Source: Octopus sinensis
Lineage: Eukaryota
Length of the DNA: 64,000 nt
NCBI RefSeq assembly: GCF_006345805.1
Contig: NC_042999.1
Span: forward strand, 75,702,001 to 75,766,000
Reading direction: 5' to 3'
Each line of letters starts with the position of its first letter. The first letter of the stretch is position 1. Under the pieces are notes generated by a model. It did no database searches and was not told the origin of the DNA. It was given only the letters and a program-made list of their open reading frames with translations. A program made the translations under genes and the position numbers. Of this stretch, positions 49,266-62,390 are shown piece by piece.

Positions 49266-50149
49266 ATATATGACTTACATTATTGAAAGAATACAACATA
49301 GTAAAACACAGAGCGCAATCTGAAGGCACACTTGCGATCATTTATGGCGATTGATCGCATTACGTATATATATGTTATTCTCAAAAGAATGTACACTGCT
49401 CTGGGATAAGTATAGAATACCTTTGTTGTTTAGTTCATGTATACGTATCAACACAAGGAATATTGATAGAGTATTCCAAGTAAAGCTCTGATAAATGCAA
49501 GCATAGTAGATTTCATATAGCTGTTTCTTACAGAAAAAAATTATGTCTAGTTACAGAGCTCAACTGTACTGAAGATGTAAGCATTTATTTCAAAAGCATT
49601 CAGAAATAGAATATTTATTGAAAACTGCTTTCAAACCTACAGTTTCATTACCCAGAATATAAATTTATATTTATATTTACAATTATTAGCTATACTTGGT
49701 TAGGTTTAGGTTGTAATCACAAAAACTAAGCTGAGATTTTCAATAAGAGAGAGGTACCAGTTAGTATGTCTTGCAAATACAATCTGTAAGCGGAACATCA
49801 AATAGCTGCAAGACTTCTAATTTTCAACGTGTAGCTTTGTTGTTACCTAAATACCAGGGACAGTGTTTCTTTGTTAGAAGCCCCTTTGTAATTTATTGGT
49901 GTAATTCAACTAATTATCTTACACACTTGCACAAACATACATGTGCACGTGCATACACACGCACATGTGAGCACGCACACACAAGCACACACATGCACAC
50001 ACATAAAAACACACGCGTTATGTGTATGTTAAATAAATCGACCAATTATAGAATTCCTTGAATGCGGAAACTTAATAAACTATAATTGGTTAACACACTT
50101 AAAAGCTTTCAATTACCCGCAGGAATATCAGAGTATCATATCAAGAGTT

Positions 50150-50370
50150 ATTATCCTGAAATGAAGGCAACGTGCTCGTAGAATGGTTGACGAGTCGGAC
50201 AAAATACTTAGCGGCATTTTTTCCATTTCTTTTGCTTTTGAGTCCAACCATTGATATTGACTTTGCCTTTGACCCTTTCAGTGTTGATAAAATAATTACC
50301 AGTTAAACATGGTCGATGTAATCTCCTATCTTAAAATTGCTGGCCTTTTGTCAATATTTGAAACCATTGT
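50150..50370 (+). mobile_element. SINE family B (diverged)
   Basis: aaggcaacgtgctcgtagaat...cttagcggcatttt...gactttgcctttgacccttt. Confidence 0.7.
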
Positions 50371-50439
50371 TTCCGAAATAAAATTATAACATCAAAAGTT
50401 ATTTCGCCAATATAAAATTAAAGATTTGTTATTACTCAC

Positions 50440-50880
50440 CAATAAAAAATGGAATGAAGCCTTCTGGTTTTATAACTTTGTTACTGTTCTCCAGAAATCT
50501 GGTGGGTCTAAAATTGTTAGGGTCGCCCCAGAAAGCTACATCGTTCATGATGGAACCGAGATTCGGTATTATGATACAGTCTTCGGGTATATTATAACCG
50601 CGAAACGTAATAGGGTGTTCTGGCTTTCGGCCGAGCAATAACTGAACGACGTTGGCGTGGCGTTGCACTTCCATGATACACGCTTCAAGAAATGGTAAGT
50701 GTGGACGGTCGTCTAATGATGGCAATCGATTCTGGCCGATGTGTAAGTCAATTTCTTTCTGTATGGTGTCTTGGAAATGAGGATAGTTCAGCAGGTAGAC
50801 TAAGCACCATAATAAAGAGCTGGTTGTTGTTTCCATCCCAGCTACAAGCATGTCACCGATGACGGTACGCAACTGTTCCA
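50440..50880 (-). CDS. Cytochrome P450 (CYP2 clan), exon with I-helix, K-helix and meander
   Basis: Acceptor tatccttcag|TG GAA and donor TTTATTG|gtgagt. 441 nt, phase 1 to phase 1, matching the upstream exon. Contains AGMETT (I-helix), EVQR (ExxR), FRPTRF (PERF-like) and FIPFFIG. Confidence 0.96.
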
Positions 50881-51229
50881 CTGAAGGATATAAACAAATA
50901 CATAAATAATAAATGAATATTTAGATAAACAAATGAATAGCGAATGTACCAACATACAAATTTCATCTATTCTCGTATCAACTAATGAGGTCACAGACGT
51001 GTGACGAAAATTTTCGGGACAATAGGCAGGCATTAAAATAATACAATAATAGTAATAAACGAATGAAGAAAAATATAGAGAGAGAGCGGGTCTTTATTTG
51101 GTAAAAAAAGAAAAATAATTATAATAATTGAAATGACCATCCCGAAGTACAACAATATCTGTTTCAACACTCGATTTCACATCAGGAATCTTGCGAAACG
51201 AATATATATATGTATATATATATATATAT

Positions 51230-51368
<139 letters not shown>

Positions 51369-51871
51369 ATTTAGAATAATAGGGTAGTCAGAATGTTGGG
51401 TGATTATATGCTTTTTTTTTATTTATTTACATCTTCTTTACATTTTTAACGCTTTCTTCCGTTATCGGATTTATCATAAAATGGTTCAAGTTTAGTTTTC
51501 TTGGCCTTTTTGTAAAGAATTTTCTGGGGGTTTGCCAAGCAAGGGAGAAGAAAGAAGAAAAATATTGTTTTTAGAAGGAGGGGGAGGTAAACTGGCGTGG
51601 CTTTTGTATGGTCAGACTTGTCTGTTTAGTAATTAGTGGCCTTTTAAGGTGGGGTAGGAAAGAGAAAGGAAAAAGAATTTTTGCATTTGAACTGGTGAAG
51701 GTTTAAATTGAAAAACCAGATGTTTTTGACTGAAGAAAGTCAAATCCGATAACGGAAGAAAGCGCTAAAAGGTAAATAAGATGTAAATAAACCAAAAATA
51801 TATATATATTCATCCAACATGCTGACTATCTTATTATTCTAAATATACATCTGTACATCACTTCAAACTCA

Positions 51872-51997
<126 letters not shown>

Positions 51998-52017
51998 CAT
52001 ATATATATTTATACATA

Positions 52018-52421
52018 GGCGCAGGAGTGGCTGTGTGGTAAGTAGCTTGCTAACCAACCACATGGTTCTGGGTTCAGTCCCACTGCGTGGCATCTTGGGC
52101 AAGTGTCTTCTGCTATAGCCTCGGGCCGACCAAAGCCTTGTGAGTGGATTTGGTAGACGGAAACTGAAAGAAGCCTGTCGTATATATGTATATATATATG
52201 TATGTGTGCGTATATGTTTGTCTGTGTCCCTCTAGCATTGCTTGACAACCGATGCTGGTGTGTTTACTTCCCCGTCACTTAGCGGTTCGGCAAAAGAGAC
52301 CGATAGAATAAGTACTAGGCTTACAAAGAATAAGTCCCGGGGTCGATTTGCTCGACTAAAGGCGGTGCTCCAGCATGGCCGCAGTCAAAATGACTGAAAC
52401 AAGTAAAAGAGTAAAAGAGTA
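52018..52421 (+). mobile_element. SINE family A, full length
   Basis: Near-identical to 32286-32717. Confidence 0.92.
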
Positions 52422-52944
52422 TGTGCATGGACGCACGCACATATATCTCCACACGCACAACCCCACGCACACACTCACATACACACACACGCATACATAT
52501 ACACACACGCACATATCGAGTCGCGCACATGCATGAACGCACATACACCTCACATATACCACCCACACACACCACACACAAAACACACTCAAAGTACACA
52601 TATACGCACACACATACATGCACACACGCATACACATACTTCAAACTGCTAGTCAAACACCTTTCTGCTGACCATTCCTCTACGCACATGTAAAGAAACA
52701 GAACTACACAAAAGACCACCACTGAATTCTTCCTACAGCATTAGCAGATACCCACACACTTGCGCGCACGCACACACCCACACATACACACAGATACCTC
52801 CTTCTCTTACACTTTCCTGTCTTAGGAAGAACTTTTTCTTCACCCATTCACTTTCGGTCATTTCAAAATGTAACAACATGGAGATCATTGGCGATTTTTT
52901 TTTACCTCCGTGTTCCTTTCCTCTTGAACTTTCCTCTGTCACCT

Positions 52945-52979
52945 GTTTCTGAAGAAGAGTTTTGCTCGAAAAATAAAAC
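52945..52979 (+). ncRNA. Minimal type I hammerhead motif, stem III decayed
   Basis: GTTT CTGAAGA A GAGT ttt GCTC GAAA AATA AAAC. Confidence 0.6.
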
Positions 52980-53289
52980 TACCTTCCTTTCCTTCCCTGA
53001 GCGTCTGTTAATACTTTACATGTACCACGTACTTGCGTTGTTTTTTTCTTGTGTTTTTTCTTCGTTTTTTTTTCGGGGGAGGGGAGAGATTAGCGCTATA
53101 TATATATATATATACCATTAGTTAAAGCTAAATGCAAACATCAAATACATCGGCGGACCTGGTCTCTTTCTCATATGCTTATTAAAATTAACAAGTTTGG
53201 TAGAAGGTCACAAATGTATAGCAGAAAGCATGCAAATGAATGTATCACTATATGTACATTACATAACGTTACATAATTAACATAACACT

Positions 53290-53830
53290 AAGGGCGGTGA
53301 CCTGGCAAGCTAGTTAGCATGCAGGACAAAATGAGCTGTTTACTTCCAAGTCTGCTGAGGTTGACTTTGTCTTTCAACCTTTCGGGTTTGTTGAAATAAG
53401 TACCAGTTGAGTAGTTGAGATGAAAGAAGTACCATTGAGTACTAGACGCAATCGACTAGCCCTTTCCCCTAAATTCTCAGGTTCTATGCCTAGAACAGAA
53501 AGGACTAATTAACTGAACACTGGAGAAATAACTAATAAAATGCAATAAAATTTACATTTGATTACAGAATGTAAAGGGACCTAACTCAACCTTGTAATTC
53601 TTTTACGTAATCATTTCACATTTTGACACAAAAGCATTATCTTTCATTAGACTATAATAATAGATTCACATTTCGGCACAAGGCCAGCAATTTAGGGGGA
53701 GCACAACTTAAATACCAGTACTTAACTGGTACTTATTTTATCGACCCCGAAAGGATGAAAGGTAAACTCGGCCTCGGCGGAATTTAAAACCAGAACGTAA
53801 AGACGGACGAAATTTAGCTAGACAGAAATA
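53290..53830. mobile_element. Two SINE family B copies in opposite orientation
   Basis: Plus copy at 53290-53500, minus copy at 53668-53830. Confidence 0.75.
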
Positions 53831-55499
53831 TGAGTTGGTTGCGATGTTCACTCTTTTCCCTAACAAATTTTAAGTTTGTAAATGAAATGACTACTACTGA
53901 AATTCTATTCGATGGGAGCTTCTCAATGCTCGACGTTTGTAGCTTAGGGTAGAATAGAAACTATATTGTGGGTGCTCAGCTAGGTTAAGACCAATCTTTA
54001 GAAAGGTGCAATTAATCGTCCATGATCATACCCACGGATTAAAACATATCATCTGTGCTTATTTTATCGACTGTAAGTTGATTACATGCAAAGTGAAAAA
54101 CAGATTTGAACTCAGAATCTTAGGAATGACCGTTCGTTAAACACTATAGGCGATTCACTGCCTCCTCTCATCCTTATTATCTCAGCTGATATTCAAGCCA
54201 TGAGTAAATAAACAGAAGCAACCTCTTTTTTCGATTCTTTTTAAGACTACGGAAAACTATGATGTTAAACTATAATACTAAACATCATACAAGCCAAACC
54301 ATCAAAGCAAACGAAAACCGCCTTATATAAACTTGAGGCATTATAAAGACGTATTTATAAATACAAAAAATCTGACAGTTCTGATAGCCTGAGACAGTAC
54401 AGCTCTGCAGCTGTGAAAGAATATTAGTGAAAAGCATCCATTCAAATTCAAAACGAGAATCTCGTGATAATATTATTTACACGACTCAACATATTATTCC
54501 AATCACGTTTAGTGCGATGAATAAATTTTCAGTCAAACAATCTCGTTATCGCCTTGTTTAGCGCCATCTATAATCGATGATAAAATAATATTTAGGTTAC
54601 GTAGCATCGTGCTTACTTTTCCTTACATCATGTTTATATCCTTCTTTTTCAGTTCTTTCTTTATATCTATATATATCTTTCTTTCTATATCTTTATATTT
54701 TTCTTTATTTCTTTTTTTCGTGCATGACTTAATTTGTATGATCAGAAATTTTTCTACAAGTTAGAATTGATAAATTTGGTTGTCTTTTGTGGAAAGTGGA
54801 CACCAACATGTCCACGACTATAATTGACTCTCCAAATATAGATGCTGAAGAAGATATTGGTTTATTGATCTATTGTTCCATCGATTGATTCTGAATATAA
54901 CTTCGACGCGAGGAATCTTCGTGTTACATATTTTTATGCGTCTATTTGGCTAATGATATATACTAGTGGCATCAGTGGTTCCAGCATCCACAGTAGAAGA
55001 CTTTATTCTTTTGACTAAGCACAAAACATTTTTTCTTTCAAGGATTCTGCATAATTAATTGAATAGATTCTAGCATACCACTGATACGACATTGCAGCAG
55101 CACTGAAAAACTTCAAAGAACTGACAACTTGAGAAAGGACTGGACGGGATCTATCAGGTGTTTTACTATTTCTGCCAACAAACCACTTTTGCAATGCAAA
55201 ATTATTGGAACTACGTGACACATTACTAAATACTACATATACACACTGTCTGGTATTACTCTGCTGAACTGCATTAAATTATTTAACTACATTACGCAAC
55301 ATAAAGGACTAACTGAATTAATATAATCTAGGACTTTTGGTCCAAAAGGTCGACACCTTGTATGCCCATCCGCTCGTAGGACTGTAAATGTGACGAAGAC
55401 ATTTATCTGTAGATAAATATCATGCATAAGTAAACAGAAGATAGCAAAATTTTCAGCACAGCAACATTCCGAAGGAAGACGAGCCGATAGCAGGAGCAA

Positions 55500-56600
55500 A
55501 AGTACATCGGACAAGTCGGTAATCAAAGTGAACGGCTACCTCTCGGAACTTTCGTATATCATGAGTTTAGTTCATCATGGGTGTCCGTTCTCATCCCTTC
55601 TATATACTGGCCCTTGAGTCATTGTTGAAGAAGCTAGAACTTTGGAGGCACATCCCTTTCGAGCTGAGATGCGGGAGAGCTATCTCGGTATAAGTGGATG
55701 ACATCGCCGTAATGGGGTCAGTTACCACGGAAATGCAAACAGCTGATTTCTTTCTAAAGAATACAAGGCGATGGTAGGAGTAAAGATAAATTGAGTCATG
55801 TTAATGGCTTGTCGCTTGACACTTAGGACACTGGACAGAGAGACCAGTTAAATTTTGGTGGGTCTGGTTTGGTCCAGCCTTCCAGACGGATAGTATCTAG
55901 GACGAAGCAACGAGAAATGTAGCTAGTTATCCCTGACAGATCGAACAGAAGTCGTGAATGTCTACATATCTTCGAAATAACTTAACACCTGATCGTTGTG
56001 CCTCACCCCAATCCCTGCTTGGTTAGAATGGAGCGTATTTTTCTGCTTCCTTTGGAAGGGATGCGTTCCACTAGTCTGGCGGTCCCTCTATTGCCAGCAC
56101 CATATAGAAGGTGGGCTCGGCATGCCGCGGCTGCTAGTGTACAGACACGCTGAGGCTGCGTTACTCGTAGATTTTCCCTGTAGATTTTTCCAGTTGTATG
56201 ATAAGTTTTCCGTCGCTCATCTCTTTGGAGGCGCTGCAGTCTTGAATCAAGAAAAGACATATTATGAGTCTGGCACCTGAGATGTCGTTAGGTGCTCACC
56301 ACATTCTACTAATCAAGTAATGCTTTCAGCGGAAATTCTACGTTGTCAAAAGTGGCAAAATTGGTTAGGTGAAAGTATGTGCCTGTAGATTGCCGGACAA
56401 AAGTTGGGTAAAGGTTTGTGCCCTTAGTGGTCAGAGTAATCCTTGATCTGTGTGATCCCTTGATGGGCCCTAGCTCGAGGTTCTCTTGTATCAGAAGTAC
56501 TGCATCATTCATGTATTCACATACTTTCTACACTATGTATACTTTTTAACTCATTTCCCCTCCTCTTCCTTTCTTTCTCTCATCTTTTATGTAACTGCCC
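55500..56600 (+). mobile_element. Old Tx1-family RT fragment
   Basis: SVIKVNGYLS..HGCPFS..LY and FLWKGCVPLVWRSLYCQHHIEGGLGMP align with the young copy (FLWKGCVPMVRRSICCQHPLKGGLGMP). Confidence 0.85.
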
Positions 56601-56712
56601 TTTCCATAAAAATTGTCATCGTAATGCCCCCCTAATTTAATGCCCCAGTAACGAATACATTAACTCTCCATCGTTATTATCATTAATATCTTCATCGCTA
56701 TTATCATTAATG

Positions 56713-57545
56713 AAGGCAGCGAACTGGCAGAATGTTTACTGTGCTGGACAAAATGCTTAGCGAAACTTCTTTCGTCTTTACGTTCCGAGTTTAAATGCCG
56801 CCGAGGCCAGTTATACCTTTCATCCTTTCAGGGTTAACAAAATAGATACCACTTGAGCACTGGGGTCTATGTAATCAACGCCCACCTTCCCACCAAAATT
56901 TCAGGTGGTGTGACTATAGTAGAAAGGATTATTATTATTATATCATTAGTTCGTTCACTCCTCTTCTGTTTCTGACAATTGACAACCCTAATAACAATGA
57001 TTTACATATTTAATTATTATTTTGCTTGTTTTATCAATAAAAATAATTATGACACATATTTATGTTATTAATCGTCGAACTGATAGATGTAGTTTAGCAC
57101 TTAATTTATATTATTTAGTCCATGCACCGCTTAGTCTTGTCCCCGCTTCAGTCTGAACTAAGATGCCGATTTCAGGAATTTGCTCTTCGTCGTTTTTTGC
57201 ATCAATAAAATTGGAGAAAAATAAACATCTGCAATTTACTCCGCTCTATTCTTTCATTTACACCTCTCTTTCATCCATGTAAGAGCCTTGAAACTATTCA
57301 CAAGAAACCAATAACAATAAATAATTCGTTTCTTATACAGGCACAGGATCAAACATGTGGAGAGCTGTAGCTGATTACATTACACAGGCTTCCAAGTTGA
57401 CTGGTACTTATTTAATCGATATCGGAGGATGAAAGACAAAGTCGACGTTGCCAGGATAAGAACATAAAACATAAAAAGTGGAACTAGATACTGCAAGACA
57501 TTTTAACCAGCAGTCTAACGGTTCTCTTAAACCACTGCCTTGAAA
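56713..57545. mobile_element. Two SINE family B copies in opposite orientation
   Basis: Plus copy at 56713-56935, diverged minus copy at 57335-57545. Confidence 0.7.
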
Positions 57546-58151
57546 TGATAACTTCCAACATTGACGCACGGACAAACATTTCGAGGAAAGATGCAGTCAA
57601 GTCTCAGTATAATTCTGGCATTGTTTCCACCCACCCTCCTGAACAATGAAACACATAGTTTACGTAAGCAAAATTTCAACCCACAAAATAAAGGGATTTG
57701 ACTAAATAGTGCTATACATTATATCGTTTGCTCTAGTGGTTCTACTATTTCTCCAACCATAAAAAATAAAACAGAAATACTAATAAAACTTCTGCCGCTT
57801 CTTGCTGCCATTGATAATTTCCGTCTAGTTCTCAGAAGCACGATGGAGACTTCTCATGACTTCAGTGTGTTTCCATGTATACCTCACCAATACCATCGTG
57901 CAGTGAAATACCACACGCTTCAGATCGATTATCGATGATTAAAACTAGTCAATCGAGTCATTAGGTGGTGCCTCAATCAGTGCCGATGCGCTATAAATCC
58001 ATCGGGAAAAAGGACCAGACACGGCACACATTCTCTTCTGACCATCTCTGAAATCTATTGGCATCCGCTATGCGGATCTTTCAATTCGCAGCACCTTCAC
58101 AGTTATATCTATCTCTGTCACTGTATTTGTAGGCGCGAGTGTGTGCGTATT

Positions 58152-58193
<42 letters not shown>

Positions 58194-58361
58194 TGTGTGT
58201 GTGTTAGAGAGACAGAGAAGAGAGGAGAGAGAGAGTGTGTGTGTGTGTGTGTGAGTGTCTGTGTATACACATACACACATACACTACAATATATTATGTC
58301 ACGCGCTCTACAGAATCTCCTATTCATCCACCGATGAAAAAATACAAATAATAAAACTCAC

Positions 58362-58657
58362 CAGTAAAAGAAGTGTCCGGGTTGTTTTCGCTTTGTAACC
58401 CCATTTCTTTGATGTATGCGTCTGTGAAGTCTTTTATATTTGACTCATCGAAATCCTCTAGATGACGCTGGACAACACCCTCAATGAATTTTTCCATTTT
58501 CTTAATGTTCTTGAAAACTTTTTTGATTTTGAAAGGATCCCCAGGAAGGTGTTCGAGGATCGGGAAAAAGTTAACAACTGTACTCACTCCAACATCTTGC
58601 ATGTTCTCATCAATTCCTTGCACGTACTGACGGAATTCGGGGTCGTTATAGTCGAAT
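58362..58657 (-). CDS. Cytochrome P450 (CYP2 clan), internal exon, E-G helix region
   Basis: Acceptor ...catgtaacag|A TTC GAC and donor TTTACTG|gtgagt. 296 nt, phase 2 in and phase 1 out. Encodes (R)FDYNDPEFRQYVQG...VNFFPILEHLPGDPF...IKDFTDAYIKEM...DTSFT, typical CYP2 RFDY-D and DFxDAY motifs. Confidence 0.93.
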
Positions 58658-58922
58658 CTGTTACATGAATATAATTATAAACGAAAATATATACATAGGT
58701 ATTCATCTCTATTACGTGCTAAAACAGAAAGCATAAGAGGCATACGTTATAAAGGCAGATTAAATTGTGCTCTTTTGTGATAGCCAATATCTTTGAAAAC
58801 TGAAGCAAGCCACCATTAGTCATTCTGTCATATCAAAATATTAAGTGAAAGAGAAAGAGAGAAAGAAATAGAGATCTAGGTACCAACATATATGCATTAA
58901 CTCTTTACTACACACACACACA

Positions 58923-58985
<63 letters not shown>

Positions 58986-59008
58986 ATGCTTATCTATTTT
59001 CTCATACC

Positions 59009-59056
59009 GTCTCCGATGAAGGGATATAATAAATATCCTGGAAACAGCTGTAAGAC
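59009..59056 (+). ncRNA. Minimal type I hammerhead motif
   Basis: GTCT CCGATGA A GGGATAT aataa ATATCCT G GAAAC AGCT GTA AGAC. Confidence 0.75.
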
Positions 59057-59299
59057 CTTCTATTTATAAATGTTCTAAAATCTTCACAGCCTTGGTATTT
59101 TTTATTCCATTCTGAAAAAATTTTTTTTTATATATATGCACATGCTGATATCTGGCCTACGTTGGACTCATTATTCGCATAATCACCGAACCTGGAGTTT
59201 AACTAAGGTCTATCAATAACACTACTCAGCATTACCTGACACCTTTGGATCTTATTGACACCATTACCTCTCATAACCTCCCCCCTCTCTCTCTCTCTC

Positions 59300-59347
<48 letters not shown>

Positions 59348-59692
59348 ATATGAATATTAAGTATATGATTTAACTTGTAAAACAAATTTCAACAGTTCAA
59401 CAAATTCAATCATATTTTTCGTAAATGGAGGAGATTAGGTGTTAATGAGATTGAAATTAATTTTATTCATGTAGCTATATGATCGTTTCATACAGAAAGA
59501 CAATAAATTCATTTTAAGAATCTCAGTTATCAAAAAGTATTCGTCAGTAACAAAAATTAAAGAATGGAAAAAAAGAAAAGCTAAAATGACGTTAGAATTA
59601 CAGAGGTATGGTGTTCGTAATGTGTAATTGTTCTTAGAGTCATGTTTGCGTCAAAGTTTAACGTGACGGTCGTGAATTTTTACTTGGTAGTT

Positions 59693-59746
59693 CACGCTGA
59701 AGAGGCTCAAGGATTAAATATCCAAAAGCCGAAGTCCGGGTATGTG
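59693..59746 (+). ncRNA. Minimal type I hammerhead motif
   Basis: CACG CTGAAGA GGCT (loop with GGAT/ATCC) AGCC GAAGT CCGG GTA TGTG. Confidence 0.65.
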
Positions 59747-59941
59747 GATGTCCTAAACTGCATAATATCTTATTTTGTGCTTTAAATGTATTAATTCTTT
59801 CCGTTTCTTCGCCTACTGTTTTTCTCTGTTATCTTGGTATTGTACGATGGCTTGATGAAGAATCCAGCTCTTATTTCTAGCAGGTGTATGCTTTTAAGCA
59901 TCTTTATGCTTCGTGCAAATTTATATGTGTATATATATATA

Positions 59942-59987
<46 letters not shown>

Positions 59988-60284
59988 GTGTGTATGTATG
60001 TATGTGTACATACATATTTTATAAGAGAGAAAGTGAGATATTAGAGCATAGAATATATGCATATACACTCATTCACATATTACTGCTTAATCTTTAAAAC
60101 CTAGTACGGTAATATAGTTAACTGTATAAAATGAAATAACTCTTGTAACTGCATGCTTGCCAAAAACACTTGAAGAGCTTCGTGCAAAAATAAGGGTTGC
60201 TCCCCTTGACATATTGATTCATCTCTGTTTACATTTTTTCAAAGATGGTGTCCTACTGACAGTAAAAATGTTTTCTTTCTCTAT

Positions 60285-60322
60285 ATAAGTTGACAATCGT
60301 TGATCGTGAAACCGGTACTTAT
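60285..60322 (+). ncRNA. Decayed minimal type I hammerhead motif
   Basis: ATAAG TTGACAA TCG ttgat CGT GAAAC CG GTA CTTAT; stem I is a perfect 5 bp. Confidence 0.55.
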
Positions 60323-60419
60323 TTAATTTGTAATGATGTAACTATGTAATATGATTCTAATTTCACCATAAATTTTATTATACAAACTTTCAGTGACTCT
60401 TTCGTTCCTTTTCTTTCTT

Positions 60420-60437
60420 ATATATATACATATATAT

Positions 60438-60493
<56 letters not shown>

Positions 60494-60496
60494 TAT

Positions 60497-60566
<70 letters not shown>
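60420..60566. repeat. (AT)n tract
   Basis: Direct reading. Confidence 0.95.
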
Positions 60567-60572
60567 CAAAAT

Positions 60573-61355
60573 ACAAAATGGGACAAGATCGCAAAGCATC
60601 CAGACAGATAGGTGATACAAAAAAGGGACAACAAAACATCCAGATAGACGATACAAAGAAAACAAGGACGAGTCATTCGGAGCTTTCTTTCCCCGGTCAA
60701 GTTCCAGATTATCTTTGCAATTTCGGCTGGTTATACTCGAAATTGCTCTAATCTGGCCAGCCCCAAAGAAAAACTAAGCTAAGAGCATTAGGTTCCTTGG
60801 AAGGAAGCAGCGAATGTATAAGAAATCAAGGGCGGAAAAAACGGAGAAAGTTACACAAACACAAATAATAGGACACAACAACAGGTGTCTTTCGACTAAG
60901 AACGAATTAAATTAAGCTGGCGTGTGTTGAAGTAAAGCCTTATGGCAGGGATACAAGATTTCACAAGCACAGAGAAGAATATAGATGATGCACGGACATC
61001 CCTGTCGTAAGGCTTTACTTCCACACATGCCAGCTTAATTTAATTCGTCCTTAGTCGAAAGACACCCGTGGTTATGTCCTGTTATTTATATTTGTGTAAC
61101 TTTCTCCATTTTTTCCCGTCCTTGTTTTCGTATACATTCGCAGCTTTCTTCCAAGGAATCTAATGCTCTTAGATTTGTTTTTCCTTGGGGCTAGCCAGAT
61201 TGGAGCAATCTCGAGTATAACCAGCCGAAATTGCAAAGATAATCTGGAACTTGACTGAAGAAAGAAAACTCCTTGTTTTCTTTGTATCGTCTATCTGAAT
61301 GTTTTGTTGTCCCTTTCTTGTATCACCTGTCTGGATGTTTCGCGTTCTTGTCCCA

Positions 61356-61361
<6 letters not shown>
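60573..61361. repeat. Long inverted repeat (foldback)
   Basis: Arms 60573-60952 and 60998-61361 are reverse complements (about 85-90% identical by eye) around a 45-bp spacer. Confidence 0.95.
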
Positions 61362-61403
<42 letters not shown>

Positions 61404-61484
61404 TATATATATATAGATATATATACATATATGTAGCGGCGTACGTACACTTTGGTCTCTTTCTCTCTCTCTCTCTCTCTCTAT

Positions 61485-61519
<35 letters not shown>

Positions 61520-61521
<2 letters not shown>

Positions 61522-61790
61522 GGGCTGTGTGTTGTGTTCTTGAGCAAGACACTTTATTTCACGTTGCTCCAGTTCACTAAGCTGTAGAAATGTGTTGCGA
61601 CGTCACTGGCGCCAAGCTGTCTCAGAGTTTGCCGTTCCCTTGGATAATATCGGTAGCGTTGAGAATGGAGGCTGGTATGCATGGATGATTACTGGTCCTC
61701 TATGAACAACCTTGTCCGAACTTGTACCTCCGAAGATAACTTTCTAGGTGAAATCCCATGGTCATTTTTGAACGAAGGGGGGTCTTTAAC
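61520..61790 (+). mobile_element. SINE family D body
   Basis: GGCTGTGTGTTGTGTTCTTGAGCAAGACACTTTATTTCACGTTGCTCCAG, as at 6668-6720. Confidence 0.85.
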
Positions 61791-61969
61791 TTTTTTATAG
61801 ATAGATTATTCTTTTATAAGAATAATGTTAGTGACTTCGAAATTTTGGCCTCCTTAGCCTTCATTGATTTGTGCTCCAAGTAAAACATAAAAGATAAATA
61901 CGATACTTTACAAAATGTAATGAGTTATCCTTCTTTTAATCTGAGACTGTTTTCATGGTACCTCAAAAT

Positions 61970-62120
61970 TAGGCGGTGAGCCGGCAGAATTGTTAGCACG
62001 CCGAGTAAACTGAGTTCAAATTCCGCCGTAATCTAGAAGTTGATAAAGTAAATACCAGTTGAACACCAGTGTCCAAGTAATCGACCACAAAATTTCTGGC
62101 CTTGTTCCTATGGGAGAAAG
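61970..62120 (+). mobile_element. SINE family B (deleted)
   Basis: aggcggtgagccggcagaattgttagcacgccg..gagttcaaattccgccg. Confidence 0.7.
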
Positions 62121-62336
62121 GATTATACTGGTGTGTGTGTGTGTGTGTAGGACGTATCTTTTATCTGTTTTTGTCTATTAAAACTCACTTATTATCATTG
62201 ATAGAAGATACATGTACAAAGTGTTATGCAAAAGGGCTGAACTTGAAACCGCGTGTGGCTAGGAAGTAACTTCCTAAAAACACATCCGTGGTGGTGGTGG
62301 TGGTCGTGGTCGTGGGGAGTGTGTATATGTGAGAGG

Positions 62337-62390
<54 letters not shown>

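Noticed and set aside
54990-55230. KWFVGRNSKTPDRSRP as a Tc1 HTH remnant
   Set aside because: Too short and degenerate, with no TIRs or DDE region found.
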